64,000 bases of DNA, from the NCBI GenBank assembly GCA_900088475.1, contig FLMG01001949.1:1-64000 (forward strand), written 5' to 3'. Every line of letters starts with the position of its first letter. Positions within the stretch are counted from its first letter, which is position 1. Position numbers and translations under genes: made by a program. Positions 25,357-39,100 of the stretch are shown here, piece by piece. The notes below the pieces were generated by a model that ran no database searches, was not told the DNA's origin, and was given only the letters and a program-made list of their open reading frames with translations. Source of the DNA: Hyphochytrium catenoides. Taxonomy: Eukaryota; Protista; Hyphochytriomycota.

Positions 25357-28300
25357 TTAGTTGAAGAAATATTGGCTATTGAGGATGTCCTTGAGCTCTA
25401 GATCTCCTCTCTCAGGTACAGGAGGAATAACAATGCCAGGGTAGCGCATCAGGAGACTTTCCCTCAAGTCTTCCAAAAGGGGCATCGAGTGAAGGTTGAT
25501 GAACTCCTCTCTCAAGGTCTTGTTCATCAAATCGATATCAGCAGCATGGGTCCAATAGCTGTCATGAACAGCAGCAAAGTCTATTCCCAGTTTCTCGCAG
25601 GCTAAGGCTGTCAACATCATATGTGTTGAGTCCAGAGAGTGCACATAGTTCGGGGGAAACGCTGACTTTTGGCGGGTTCCACTGACGGGCAACTGCGCAA
25701 GGTAAAGGCGCAAGAGGTAATTGAGGGAGGAAGAGAAGGGAGCTCGTAAGCAACAGGTATAAACCGTGTACGAAACATTAGAACTAGCCTTAGATAACTA
25801 AGGGGCTTACCAAGTCATCGTGGTCTGCTAAAACCACATCTTGCATCAGCGTCTTCACTTGATAGCTGCTTTTCCGGCGGTAAGGCTGAGGCAAAGACGT
25901 ATAATGTCAGAACAAAGGCTTCTGTCAACTGCTTCTATGTGCCCCTGTCTTACCTGGATCACTGGAAGCCCCAGAGGAGTGACCCAGGCCATCGGCTGGT
26001 TCTCGCGGGCAACAATCTTCGCAATCTCTGCCAGCCAGTTCTGAAAATGAATGGGTGAGTCAACAGCAATAGGCCATTCAATCTGTCCATCACCTAAAAG
26101 ACACTACAATCTACCAAGTAATGAAGAAAAGAGAGCTAAAGCTTAACGAAACAGTACCCACCATAATGTTTCTGGCCTTAGAGAAAAGCGAGGACATGCT
26201 GCCCATTGTAACCTTCGCAGCGTACGACGCTGCTTCATAGATTTCCCGCTCCTTCTCGGGAGTAACTAACTCTCCAGGGCCAATCAGCCTCTCTTCAAGG
26301 CGAGCTTGAATCTGCCTCCTAGCTCCAACGTACGTGACGCCGTATACACTTGTCATCACGGTCTGCTTGACGACTTTCCGGTTGATATTATTTAGCAACA
26401 GCTTTGCAAGTCGCTTGTTTTTCTGGCCTTCAACATCGGTCTCACATGGCTCGGATTCTAGACGTCCACCCGTGAGAGGAAAGTTAGCTATCTCTAGACG
26501 AGATTTCTATAAAGCTAAATGGAGGACAAGTTCATACCTGCATCTTTCTTAACATGTTCGTAGACCCGCTCTGCAACCCCCGTGTACACGTCTTGGGGCC
26601 GGTCTGATGGAAGTAGGTTAACCTGAAAAGCACCCAGGGAATCCCTTCCCAGCGCGGCGTAGTGCTGCAGGCCGTTGCATGACCCATCCTGTTGCACGGG
26701 AATGGAAGAGACGTACTCTGCTGGGCTCCCACTGTCAATGGCTTTGATGAGTTCCTGCGCAGCTGCGAGAGTCTGCCAAGGGTTCTCAGATTCCAACCAC
26801 CATGTTCCCTCTCCAAGAGGGTCCTCCACAGCTTTTCGGATGACATCAATATTCTCTTCCGTGAACTTCTCTCTCTCCGCGAAAGAACACTGCAAATAAA
26901 AAAGTAAGCGACAGGGTGTCAGACTCGCAGCCACTGACAAACAGATCTCATAATCTGACGATTTTCGCAAGCTCAGAGCTCCTCTACATAGTTCCTTCTT
27001 CCATCTCCACTGGTATTCTCCACTGGTATTCACCCTTTACTTTGCTTACATACCTTGTCAACGCCGTACAAGCTAGCCACATGAACCTTTAGCCACTGAA
27101 ATCCCTTTTCCCCAAGCGGCTTCGCATTTGAAAACTTCAATAGTCCCCTGCAAAGGTCGGAGCCAAGATGATTCAGGTTGGGGGGCATCGTGTAGGCTCT
27201 ACCACGGAAGTCCAAATTATAAGGGAAGTAGAAGGCTTCCTCGTCCTTGTACTTCTGTGCAATATCTAACTTGATCTTGCAGTCGCAACGCATCGAGTAC
27301 TTCTCTCGGTTTTTCTGTGTCACCTTGCTGTGTTGCTTTTTCCATTGGGCCAGTTCCGCTGCATCGTCGGACTCAGGCTTGGGAGGGAAAGGCAGATCGG
27401 TGTGTGACGGGATCTCGGCGAGGCCGCCTCCTCTTCTCCAAACCTCCATCACAACAGGTAAGATATCGTTGTTGATCCTCCATTTGATGGAGGCTAAGTA
27501 GTTCAAAGCTCTATACACTCCATCCATGTGGGCTTCGTTTAAAACGTCCATCTGCTTTCGTGATCCCCTTATCCGCATCACTAACGACCGCAACTGCAGA
27601 TATCCGCCGTCATTAGGCCCTGTCCATGGCTTTGGTGGAACCAACATGGGTAAATAACGTGGGCTGGCCGCCAGAGAGACCATACTATCGGCCATCAGCT
27701 TTTCGAAGACAGCGTAGTTTAATTTGACCACTCCAATCCTGCGATTATCTCGGCATATGTAGTCATGCTCGAAAGCCGGGATGATGGCCCTAGTCTCGCC
27801 GTCGTCTCCATAAATAGGCAGCTTTGCGCTGTTAAATAGAAGCTGGAGAAGCAGAGACCCAACCTTCACAAGTGCCTCCGTGTTCCAGCCTTCAGGTTCC
27901 TGATCCTTATTCTTCCGATTCAAGATCTCCACGTCACCCTCTTTTACCGCCTGTTTTTTCCCTTTCGAACTCCGGCGGGCTTTGTTGACTCGGATCTCGG
28001 TCTCAATAGCCTTACCAATTGCCAAAACTGCAGTTAGGAACTTGACCCCATCGACCTCTACCATAGCAAGGTTAAGGGTCTCATGCATCGTGATGACAGC
28101 TAGCTCTTCCATCTTGATCCAATTGAGGCGTACGGGATGGAGCAGGTACTGGCTATAGTGTTTGTGGTGTTTACACGACTTCTTCTGGCAATTCTGATGC
28201 TCTTCCTGAATTTCTTCAACCATCGGCTCAAACCAGTCCAGCAGTAGGTGTTGTCCGGTTCCCAAACTTGCTCCTTTGCCCAGGTCGTTAACAAGTTTAT

Positions 28301-29167
28301 CGCGCATCTCCATATATTGAGCGACAGCTTCATTCCTGGTCTCGATCTCAAGGGCCTCTTGACGACGAATTTTCTCCTGATCAGTCGAACCCATATATGG
28401 AACCTCTTCAAAGATTCTTGGTCGCTCCCAAGCGTGTCTAAAGTCAATGTGATTGAACTGGAGATGGTCTGACCCAGATGATGCCCGTTGATCTTTAACT
28501 GCAGCAGTCAGCATGTCGTCAGGGCTCACAGGAAAAGCCGGTTCCATTTCTTGCAACTCAAAATCACCCTGGCTATAATCAACCAGCTCCTCTGCATCTG
28601 AATCTGCAGATAACGACGAGAACCAGAGTGAGCTCGATATGATAGGAAAGCCACCAACATCATCCCTTACCATATTCCAGCTCTGCCAGAGCCTGCAGCG
28701 CGCTAGCGTCTGGCCTATGGTTATAGCTGCCCCTATACGGGAGGTCTCTATGAGACTGATGCTCATGTAAACCGCCTCTGTCAGAACGCGAGAGGCCCTG
28801 GCCATGACCGTTGTGCGGAATATTCGTGCGCCGAAGCTCCTTCAGTACCTCTAACAACGGCTGAACGTTCAATCTCGTGGGGTAGTTGTGGTGATGATAG
28901 TCCCTGTGTGAATAAAGTTCATCTTCATAACTATCCAGTTCGTAAGCACGGGCAGAAGCTGACTGGTGTCCGATGCTTGTGTTCTTGACTGTAGACGAAC
29001 CGACGCATCGAACTACGGAGAGTGCAGTCGTGATTAACCTATGTAGTAAGCCCAAAGCCCTCCATCAACATCATAAAAGGTCACTTACTGTGCAGCCGTA
29101 CGTGCTCAGGGATTCCAGCTACCCGCTTACGATGAAGGTCTCGAACAAGCGTGGAGGCACGGATCAT
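25357..29167 (-). CDS. RPOT: T7-like single-subunit organellar (mitochondrial-type) RNA polymerase
   Basis: PMLVPPKPW, YNLDFRGRAY, motif A QDGSCNGLQHY, motif B RKVVKQTVMTSVYG, AFPPNYVHSLD, motif C AAVHDSYWTH, C-terminal SQYFFN. The inferred exon 1 MIRASTLVRDLHRKR (ATG 29165-29167) is Arg/Ser-rich like a presequence. Confidence 0.95.
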
Positions 29168-30575
29168 GGCTCAAAAGTTGGCTCTAACAAAGACCGCCAC
29201 CGCGTATGGAAAGCGCCGAAATGTAACGCCAGAGTCGGAGCGGCACTGAGCGCAATCCTTTTACCGCATACCTTTCCAGATCTAGCCCACTAGCTTCAAG
29301 GCTCACTCATGTCAGGTTCCTAAGCTCACCTTCGCTGTGGCCGAACGTAGTAAAGATTTAGATCTAAAGGTCAATAGACAATATGAAGACGTCACTGCGT
29401 CAATAGAAGAAGGTGCCCTGAGAGCTTGGAGAGGAGAATGACAGGAGGAGAGGTGAAGACTGAGCGCTAGTGATCAGAAGCCGTCGAGATCTGTCTTCTT
29501 CTTGAGGGCCTTTTCCTATCGGTTGAAAGCGATCGCCGCTTCCACTTCTCTTACGCTCGCTCACTAGTTCTCAGAGTCTCTGTCTCTGTCGTAGCTTCAT
29601 CAATTACTTGTCGGGACAGTCTCTCTTTTTGATTCTGTCTCTGTGCCTCGTTTCTCTGTCTCGCATTCTGTGCTCTGTTCTTGTTGTTTCGTCCAAGTTG
29701 GTGGAGGCGAGGCGCTGTCTGCCCGAAGCCTCTCGCCAATGAAGAGGCAGCACAGTCATGCGGCGAAGGAGTAGGACATATCGAAAGGCGTAGGTCTCGT
29801 AATTATTGAGCGCCGGCTAAGGATCCGGAAGGGAAACTCAGAAGATATAGGGCACTTGGTAGGAGATGTGGAAGAAGGTGGAAGGGGCCAGGTAGGCACT
29901 GTGAATGGAACCTTCAAGAAGAAGGACAGCAAACAGCAAAAGCGACCCCACCCATCCTCATATCACACACTCGATAACCGCGGTTTGTTACTCAAAAAAT
30001 AACTAGATGTGCAGTGTGATCACCGCACCGAATGTGCATGGCCCTTATTCCAGAGCGCGCTCATTTCAGGCAAATCATTTTGAATTGGGATGATTGTATC
30101 TTGCTGTGTGTCCTCTCTATATGTAGAGCTTGATGTCTTCAATCAATTTCCTGAAGAGTCAAAAGGCATTAGAAACGACAGCATGTTCTTGATGTGATGA
30201 GGCTCGGCGTTCCTCATCGTCTGGCAAACACAACGATGACCAGCGAACGGGGCAGTTCTCGGTGTAGCGAGTGGATGTATTTACCGCCAGGATTCTCTTG
30301 CTCTGACAAGTGGCTAACAGTAGGCCACAGCAGCAATGACATACGTCCTAGGGCAGGCCTGCTGCTGCTCGTATGGGTGTTGAAGTAGCTGGTGCTGCAT
30401 CATCTGTCTTGGTCCGCTGGCCTGCTGCAAAGGCCATGGAGCAACCATCAATGTACACCGAGATCTTGCTTTCTTACAATTAGCCTGCTTCTCTTACGCA
30501 AATGGCGAGAACCTCATACAGTAGACAGTTGGTGGGCGCTTTGCTCTAAGGCAGCCGCGTGAGACGCTTCCCAAA

Positions 30576-33500
30576 ATGCCGGACCAGATCCCTGCTGACT
30601 CGATTCAGGCAGACTCCGGATCTGAGGATATCACAGAGAGCATACGTGGACTTCTGAAGTCTAAAAGAGTGGATGTATTCGCTCTCCGACAGCTATGCAA
30701 AGACGGTGGCCATATCCAACAGTCGGTACGGGCTGAGGTTTGGCAGGCTCTACTTGGAGTTGGGCTTCAGGTAGACCGATCTCATCTGGAGCGCTCTATC
30801 ATGGCTGTGGAAGGAGATCTGGAGAATCAACGAGTGATTGTCGCGGATGCCGAGAGAACACGGGCGGATTATCAACAGTTTCGGAGTCCTGAGGTCAAAG
30901 AGCTCATCATCCGCCTGCTAACCTTCTACTGCAAGCGGCGTGGTGTCCGCTACAAGCAAGGGCTGAACGAGGTTCTCGCTCCCTTCATTCTTCTGAAAGA
31001 GCCTCCGCTCCCAGAAGGTGTGATTTTCAATATGTTCTACGCGCTCATCACCAAGTTCCTGCCAAATGTCTACTCGGATGACGAGTTCAAATCGCTGCAG
31101 TGCTCTTTCCATCTCTTCCGCCTTTTGATCCAATACCATAACCCGCTGCTCTGTCACCATCTGGACCAGTATAATATGTCCCCTGAGCTCTATGCCACAC
31201 CATGGTTTATCACTTTGTTCGCTAGAGGGCTTGATCCAGACTGTTTGTTCCAACTATGGGACTTCTATTTATTGGAGGGCAACCCTTACCTCCATCACTT
31301 CGCAGCGTTTGCTTTCCTGAATCAACGCCAGGAAGAGATCTTGCGAGCTGAGGTGGCAGACTTACCAGGAGTGCTGACAGGCATCGCCTTTCAGTCTGTA
31401 GAAGAGGTATTGAGGGTTTGCCAGGAAGCGAAAGCTCTTTTGACCAAGACACCCAAGTCCTTCTGTCAACATTTACACTCGGCCTGCTATTGCCCTGTAA
31501 CGCAGAGCACTGCTCCTCTCTTACAGAGCCTAGAATCCGAGGTCTGTCTGAGCATCTCTGCCTCTGAATTGGTGACTCATCTAGTGCTGAAACTTTCTGA
31601 AGAGAAATCAGATGGATGCCAGAAGTCAAGTGGTGCGGTGCCCCAGTATTTCGTACTGGACTGCAGAACACGAAGTGAGTTTGGACAATGTCACTTGGCA
31701 GTCTCTTTCCATCTTGATCCTGAGCTGCTAAGCGCACCCGAAAAGCTGGCTCCGGTGTTAGATAGCTTCAATGATATGAAGAATGCTCATTTTTGTCTGA
31801 TTGGACGCACCACTTGTAACAAGCCAGGCCAGGAGGGAGCATCTGACGATGCTATAAAGAGGAAAACGGCGACGGAGTTTATTCTTTCCAAGTTTGGCTT
31901 GTTGGCCCCAGACGCTAGCGCTCGCGTGCCCGAACGATCCTCTCTAGATTTTGACGAGGGGTACGGAGACTCTCAGATCGGAGTTGATGAAGATCAAGTG
32001 CTAGTTTGCATGGCCCTTATTCTGCTGCAAAAAGGCTATCCTTATGTTAGCAGACTTGAAGGTGGCTTCGATGCCGTCATAGAGGCACTTAGTGTGGCCG
32101 GTCAGGATGTCAAGGTAATTCGTACAACTAGAACCTCCTAGTTTAATTCCATTCTCCTTTCCCTATACTGTGGCCCTCGCAGGCTTCCTTCTCTGCACCA
32201 GGGAGCTAACCCTAGTTGCCCAAGGTTCCCCTACTTGTAGGTGCTCCCAATGATGAGCCGGAAAGGCGTCATTCTCCAACGCTGGAAGAACTTGAAAGAA
32301 GGTTTCCGCCCCTCTCGGTCCCTCAGACGAAGTTATCCAGCCTTGTCCGGTTGCCATCCCCTCCTATCCTTGATCCGACTCTCCTTTTGAGAAAAGGTCT
32401 AGCCACTGCCTCCAAGGCCATTAGAGGCCTGGGAGAGTCTCAAGGACACACTTCGCTGGATAAAATGCATCTTCAGGAGGTGGAGCTGCGAGAAGGACCC
32501 TTAGGTGTAATACTGGCGGATCGCACTGGAGACCACAAATTCTCTGCGGCCATGATAGATTCAATCATCCCGGATAGTGAAGCCCAGAGTTGTGGGAAGA
32601 TTCTTCAAGGAGATTGTATAATTGGCGTGGCCGGGCGAAGTACCGTCGCCCTGCCATTTCAAGACATTGTTCAGCTTATTCAAGAGACTCCACGTCCTGT
32701 AAAGCTCACGCTGGCACGAAGAGGTGATGTCGGATTAGCTACAAAGCGGAGAGATGCAGAGGACTTCCGGGTCCCACCTCCAGTCCTTTTGTCGGCCATG
32801 GCAGATTGTCTCGGCGTTTCATGGAGAGGATTACCCTATGCTACGAAGTATGAGCTCCAGCTGGGAAAAATAGGCGTCTCAGCAATAGCTGACGATGACT
32901 GGAAGACCATAGTCCTGTTGAGAGGCTCCCAAGGGCACCAAGCCCCTTCTAGCGGCACCATTAGCGGTCTGCCCTCAGGCAGTGTCGTCCTCTTCAGGGT
33001 AAGAGCTGGGAATGACATCCTTTGGGGTCCTTTTAGCTCTCCTAGTCACCCTATGAGAGTCATAGGTAAACTGGAAGGAGGTGCAGCCAGTGAGGCAGGA
33101 GGAGAAGCTGGTAGGATTGATGCCTCTCTGTTACAATTCTCTGAAGGATGTGAGGCCCTCGAGAAGCGGGAAACGGGACGATTTTTTTATCGTGTACTGG
33201 TACCTGTGGCTCTACGATCCGAGCCTAATTTCCACGCGCAACGCCTGGATGCTCAGGGTATGGCTCGAGGTCAGCTGATTGAGGCAGAGGAGCGCTTAAT
33301 TCAACCGGGCAGCAGCCAGGTCTTCGTTAGGCTCAAGAACTCGCAGGCGTGGCTGTTTGAGAATACGATGGAGGGTAGGCAAGTTTTAGAAAGAGTTCCA
33401 GATGATTCTTTAGAGCTTCTTCAAGCGATAGGAGAACATCAAAGCATGGATGCCCGAGATCCAGCTCTTCCTCAGCTCCCTCCGCCGAACGTATATAGTA

Positions 33501-34519
33501 CAGAGAATGGCAGTCTTTTCGTCTCATGGACGGGCGTAGACGATCCTGTGCTGGCAACCGTGATCACCGGGTATGACCTACAGTATGGAATAGCTACAAG
33601 CTTTCCTATGACAAGATGGAAGTTTACAGAAGGGAAACTTGATGGTGATGCTATCTCCTATCGCTTGTCTGATATAACTCTTGGCGCCTCCTATACGACA
33701 CGTATAAGAACCCGGAGTAAGAAAGGTGTGGGACCTTGGAGCGAAGAAAGTGAGCCAGTCCAGGCGGTAGATCGAGTAGGCGGCACTTCACCCTCTCCAA
33801 AGAAAAGTGGGTTCAGGACAATGCATGACAGTTTATCAGGGGAAGGAGCCGCACATCACAAACATGACTTTGAAGTTCTATCTCTCTCCTCCCTTGGACC
33901 TGTGAATGCTTTTGACGGGAAGTACGTATTAGACTTTGGTTCACCCAATCAACAGCTTCTCCGTTGCCGTATTATGGTTACCAGTTCGGAGCTCCTGTTT
34001 GCGGTAAAATCTAAGGGTTCTCTGAATTCTGATAGCCTACACGTCATCAAGCGCTGTGATCTCACCAAACTTACAAAGATCACGTCACGAAAGACCCTCG
34101 AGGACCTACTTGTTCTATACTTCAAGGTAGCGAGTTGTCACCGCTTTCTTCTTTGAAAAGTTAAGCCTCTTCTTCTCTATTGTCAGCTTTGTCCACGTCA
34201 TCTGTTAAGACAATGGACACTTTACACTTCGTTCATCGTGTTCTTACTCTATGCTTGAAAAAAAAAATTTAGTAGGTATCTCTTTCTTTCTTTCTTTCTT
34301 CACGTTATCTCTTTCTTTGACGGAGTACTTTGGGTGGTCTATTCCTGTCTGTCCAGCTTTATGTTGCCTTCAGTCTTTGATAGCATAGCCTAAACTTGAG
34401 CTTTTGGACAGGCGGACGGACAGCAAGAGCAGGTAGCGCTTTGTGTTCCCGACCTTAAGGACTGCGTCAACACAATCAAAATCACCTATAAAAGCCTCAT
34501 TTCCAAGCAGGGCAGCTGA
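30576..34519 (+). CDS. TBC1D23: TBC1D23-like protein: TBC, rhodanese-like, PDZ, FN3, SH3-like, FN3, C-terminal PH-like
   Basis: TBC motifs IVADAERT, YKQGLNEV and LYATPWFITLF. Rhodanese motifs VLDCRT, HFCLIG and LQKGYPYVSRLEGGF. PDZ EGPLGVIL...GDCIIGVAG...RPVKLTL. Two FN3 domains (VSW...FRVRA..WGPFS). C-terminal LTKITSRKT...LVLYFK. Introns 32115-32215 and about 34127-34411; stop TGA 34517-34519. Confidence 0.8.
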
Positions 34520-34867
34520 CCTAGCGGTTAGTCGTTCTTTTACCTCTGGGATTGTCGCGGTAGTCCCAGTATGCTATGACCTCTGGACGACCCTTCTATG
34601 GGTCCAAATTCACGTGAAAACGCGTGGAAAACCTCCTCACTGCTATAGCGGTTGTCCAGAAACTTCTCTCCTCGAAGGGCGTCACGGCAGGGAACGCGTT
34701 GAGAGTCCCGATGAACTTTCTATTATCGAGTGGCAACTTGGATAAGCGTGCAACCATGAAGGGACCAAAGTGGTGCCGGGAAAGAACCTTGCTCAAGCAA
34801 AGCGACAACGAAGGATAACATTCCTGCGACGTGGTGCGCTCAAACCAAAGAAATAGTTTACTTACAG

Positions 34868-35410
34868 TTATTGCGCTTGCTGCTTACGAAGAAGTGTTCC
34901 TAGGCAGGAGAGACGGCTTCGTCTTCTTCGAGGTTCTATGAGTCTTTGACATTTTTGTATAGAGTATTGAAGGCTGAAGGCGAACATGTCTTCCAGTTTT
35001 ACGGTTCAGTTGATGAAGGTCTGGGGGCCTTTAATGAACTTGCCGTCGTCCTCAAGGTCATGATAGAGCACCTTTTCGAACCCTGTGCCATTGTATAGTT
35101 CAAGCAGTTCTCGCAATGGCTGAACGTTGGCGGCAATACTGACATGACTATCAACACCTTGTCGGGAGTGGGGGTGTTGTCGTCATTCTTCTTTTCTTAG
35201 ACCGTCATAACCAAAGGTAACCCGTGGTGCATTCTTTACCCGATCGTCGTCAATGTCAAGGTCCATAAGGATGGTTGCTAAGTTCTTGCGGTGACATTTT
35301 CGTTTAGCAAGAGACGTCTGAGACCGTTTGCCGATGTAAAGACGACAGCATCCTGTGCCCGCCGCCAACCTCATCGACACACAGAAGCAGAAGTACCAGC
35401 CGCCTCTCAA
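34868..35410 (-). pseudogene. Possible decayed coding fragment of unknown family
   Basis: A single frame of about 180 codons with protein-like composition (LRELLELYNGTGFEKVLYHDLEDDGKFIKGP), broken only by TGA at 35183-35185 and 35006-35008. Confidence 0.3.
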
Positions 35411-36104
35411 GCTTCCAGCTGCCGCAATGCTGGCATGACGTCGGTCCCGTAGCTAGCTGACCATGACATGTTACCTCCTGTACGAGCTGTCAGCAGCCTC
35501 GGTCAGCAGAGCCTTGAAAGACTCAGATAGGACATTTGATGGGCCTTCTGGCTTTCTTCTAGGAGGAACACGATGCAAGGAAAATGCGTAAATGTCAGTC
35601 ATCAAAGGTTAAGAATGCTCCAAATCTCCTGGGGGTACTCTGGCTTTCCTCGATTTAGGTATAGGTCTGAGGTTTATTTAGCATAGACGGTACTCAGACG
35701 CGTCATATTTAGTATACTGAAGGTGAGCTCTCTTTGGGTCGCCGTTACTGCTCCTGTGTCTGTTCGAGATGATGGCCGTCGCTGGGCGTGGCGCTGGACT
35801 CAGCCCGATGCAGGCACCGAACATTGTGTGCGCCACCTCACGGATCTGGGGAGGAGCTCTGGCAACGCAGAAGACTGGGAGCCAGGGAGATACTAAGGCC
35901 AGCTATGCTTGGGAATGTAGAGGAGACTGCATTCATTAGCTAGCCGTCTTTCGCGAGCCTCACGTAGATAGGGTACGCCAGATCTCCACTCACTTATGGA
36001 GAAGCATTCAGCCCCGTTCTGACTGGCCGAGGTTTGCTCAGGGTAGATCAACCGTGGCAACTAATAGTGCAGCTTCCATTTGCTACCTCTAGATTTTGGC
36101 AAGA

Positions 36105-39100
36105 ATGTCAGCTCTATTCTTGGACTATCCCCTCCAGGATAGGGGCAATACGGACACTACATGCTTTGCATGGAATAAGACCGAGGATATTTTGGCTGTC
36201 GGGTTCAAGGACAGCGTGATTCGGCTATTCAAGGACGAGGTAAACAAAATCCTGTGTTGGAAACCCGCATCAATCACATAACAGTCGATAAGCTAATTCG
36301 GCTTCATTCTTCCTTGATTGGCAGGGAAAGCGGGTACCTAACGTGGAGTTTGTACGGAGCTCGGTACCATGTACTCTCGATTGGCAGCCTAGGGGTCGGC
36401 TACTGCTAGTGGGCTGGGAAGATGGTGAGATGTGCTGAGGTGCCAGGGGTGCTTCAAATCCGTGCCGACCTCTTTGTCTTTGTAGGTGCCGTCTCCATTT
36501 GCAACCCTTCGGAAAAGATCATGCGGGAAGGTCCGCGTGTCCATACAACGCGCTTGACAGTTAGCCAGTGGGCACCAGGGGGAAATCGCTTTGTTACTGC
36601 GGATGAGGTCTGAAGTTGTGGTCAACTCTATTCCCCTTAGCATTTCTTCCTTCCCTTTTGCTGTCTTTCTCTGGTTTGACTTCTCTGTCTGCTTTACCTC
36701 TACTTCGCCGTCTATTTGTGGTCCCTTCCAGTCATTCTAGGCCTTTTCTATTTCACGCAGACCACTGAAGGTAGTAAATGCATGTTGACAGAATGGCGTC
36801 GTGGGTGTGTGGAAGACGGACAACATGGGAAACCTGTCTGTGTGCTGCCAATATAAACGCCAAGGAGCTATCTCGCATTGCGTGTTCGTCATGAATCGCC
36901 AGCAAAGGGAGCGACTCTCGCTGTAAGTTTATGCATCATCTTACTATTTCTTCCTAGCAATACGGGCGCATGTAGCTCATGTTGCGACAATTCCCGAACT
37001 TTCTCGTGCTTTAGGGGCGGCGCTGCTCCTAATATGTGCCCTAACTTTATATTCGGTGGAGAAATGGGAACAGTACACTACGCAGATGAGCTAGGACATA
37101 TCTCGGATGTCCATTTCCTTGGCTCTCCCATTGACAGTCTCCTCTTCTACGAAGAGAAGGGAAGGTGAGCTAACTTAGCTCACCTATCTTGCTAATTGCG
37201 AGCATCCACTCATCGTGTCAATTCCTTCAAGGCTTATCATTATCACCCGGTCCTTTTTGATGGTCCAACTGGCAGTGGCCAATGATGGCAAAGTCTCTCC
37301 TGTTCAGAAGGTGAAGCTGAGCGTCGCCGTTGACGCTTCTATCCAGCAAGTTGTCTGGGCGGGACCGGGGCTCCTCTGCACAAACTCTGCCGAGCAGATG
37401 ATACGCTTCTGGGACGTCTCTAAGGAGGAAAACTATATTTTACCACTTAGCAGTTCCTCAGATCCAGTGTCCAGGATGGATAAAGTTTCTTCTATTGACT
37501 TTAACCCCAAGAAGCGCATTCTAGCTGCCGGAACAAGAGACGGACGAGTAAGCAGTAACCTTGTTCCTTTCTCGTTCTTGTATAACAATCGTACAGCCCG
37601 AAGGATACTAACGCAGTTTGACACTAGGTTCTTCTGTGGAAGTATGTAGGCGATGACCTGGACTCTGAACGCTCACGCGGTCCAGAGGACTGGGAACCGC
37701 TACCCAGTCTCAACATGAAAGAACGCGTTATCAAGACGAAATGGGGTTATAGAGACGGCCATCTAGCAGTAGAAACGCCTTCGAGAATGAGCATTCTTGC
37801 CCAGAACGTGCTTTTGAGAAAGATGGAAGCAGATATTACGGCGGTTCAAGTAGACTCCCAGTCGGTGTCTATCGCTCGGTTCGACCCTAACAAGCCTCAC
37901 GATTGTGTGGAAGTCTTAATCCAGTCTGACCTCCGCATCAAGGGCTTAGCCTGTGATAGTAATAGGTTCATCGTGTGGAGTGGACACGCGGTAGAGGTCT
38001 ATGAACTGGAGCAAGACCGCTGTCGCCACGTGGGATCATTTGAAAGCGAGAGCACTGTCCTCGCAGTGCGCAACGACACTATCTATCGGGCTGCGGGATA
38101 TAAGATTGAAGCTTGCAACTCTAAGGGCACTGTGAAGGAGTCTATCACCCTCAGCGAGACAGATGGACTGCCAGTCCTGATGGAGATATGTGGCCGTTAT
38201 ATGGCCATCGTGACGTCAAACTCCTTTGTGAAACTCATGGATCTAGGGAAGAGAGAGATGAAGCTAGTTGGCACAGGAAGGAGGTTCGAGGTAAGTTGTG
38301 GAAGGCGCTTTCAAACGAGAAAAGATTGCGTAAGAGGATGTTGGTACAAGAGAAAAGATGAAGAGAGAAGTAGGGGAGTATCAACGGGGGTAGCTTGTTC
38401 GCAAGCGGCCAAGAGAGAGACCAGACATCTCTCCCGAAGTGGCCCTTTCTCGAAGAAAGTCATAGGGTGAAAGCATGACCACATAAGAGTGAAGGGACTT
38501 GATGGGCAAGAAGCATGGGGAATAAGTTAGTTAATCCACCTCCATTTGCCATTCTGCTAAAACATTCTTGCAGATTTCAGCACCTGGGAGTCGGAATGGG
38601 CAACCTGGAGAGATGGTTCCAATTGGCGTGATCCGCTCTGTCCGTGTCAACTGCACAGGGAACCGAATAAGCATCCTATCGGACAGAGTAGATAGTTCTA
38701 TCGGCATGCAACAGCCGGACTCTAAACTCTACATCTACAATGTTGATGCTGACACGTTTTCTTGGTATGACTTTGGGCCTGATTCGTACCCAATCTCACA
38801 TTGCTGGGACACGGAAGATAACAAGCTTATCGCGGTAGAAACCGCAAAGGTAAGACACAGATTACACGCCAAAGCAACGACAGACCGAACTTTAACCCGG
38901 TACCCTGACAACCTTTCGCGGGCTCCTCTGCTACATTCTCTTTTTTCTATTAGCGGAAGACCAGCAAGAAGATCTCTCCACTGGATTTGGAGTCTCCTCC
39001 AAAGAAGCAAGCGCCGAACAGCCGAAGGACTAGTATAGGGGAGATTGACTTCCCCACAGGTGAGTGACCTTACAATGGGTCTCCTAAACACTCTGTCTTT

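Noticed and set aside
27004-27030. 13-bp tandem duplication tctccactggtat in an RPOT intron
   Set aside because: Simple slippage duplication with no further structure.
25357-29167. T7-like polymerase as evidence of a prophage or linear plasmid
   Set aside because: It has spliceosomal introns, a presequence-like first exon and no viral neighbours, so it is an ordinary nuclear-encoded organellar RNA polymerase.
29973-29983. GATAACCGCGG shared with about 63023-63033
   Set aside because: Many 11-mer coincidences are expected in 64 kb, and there is no flanking similarity.
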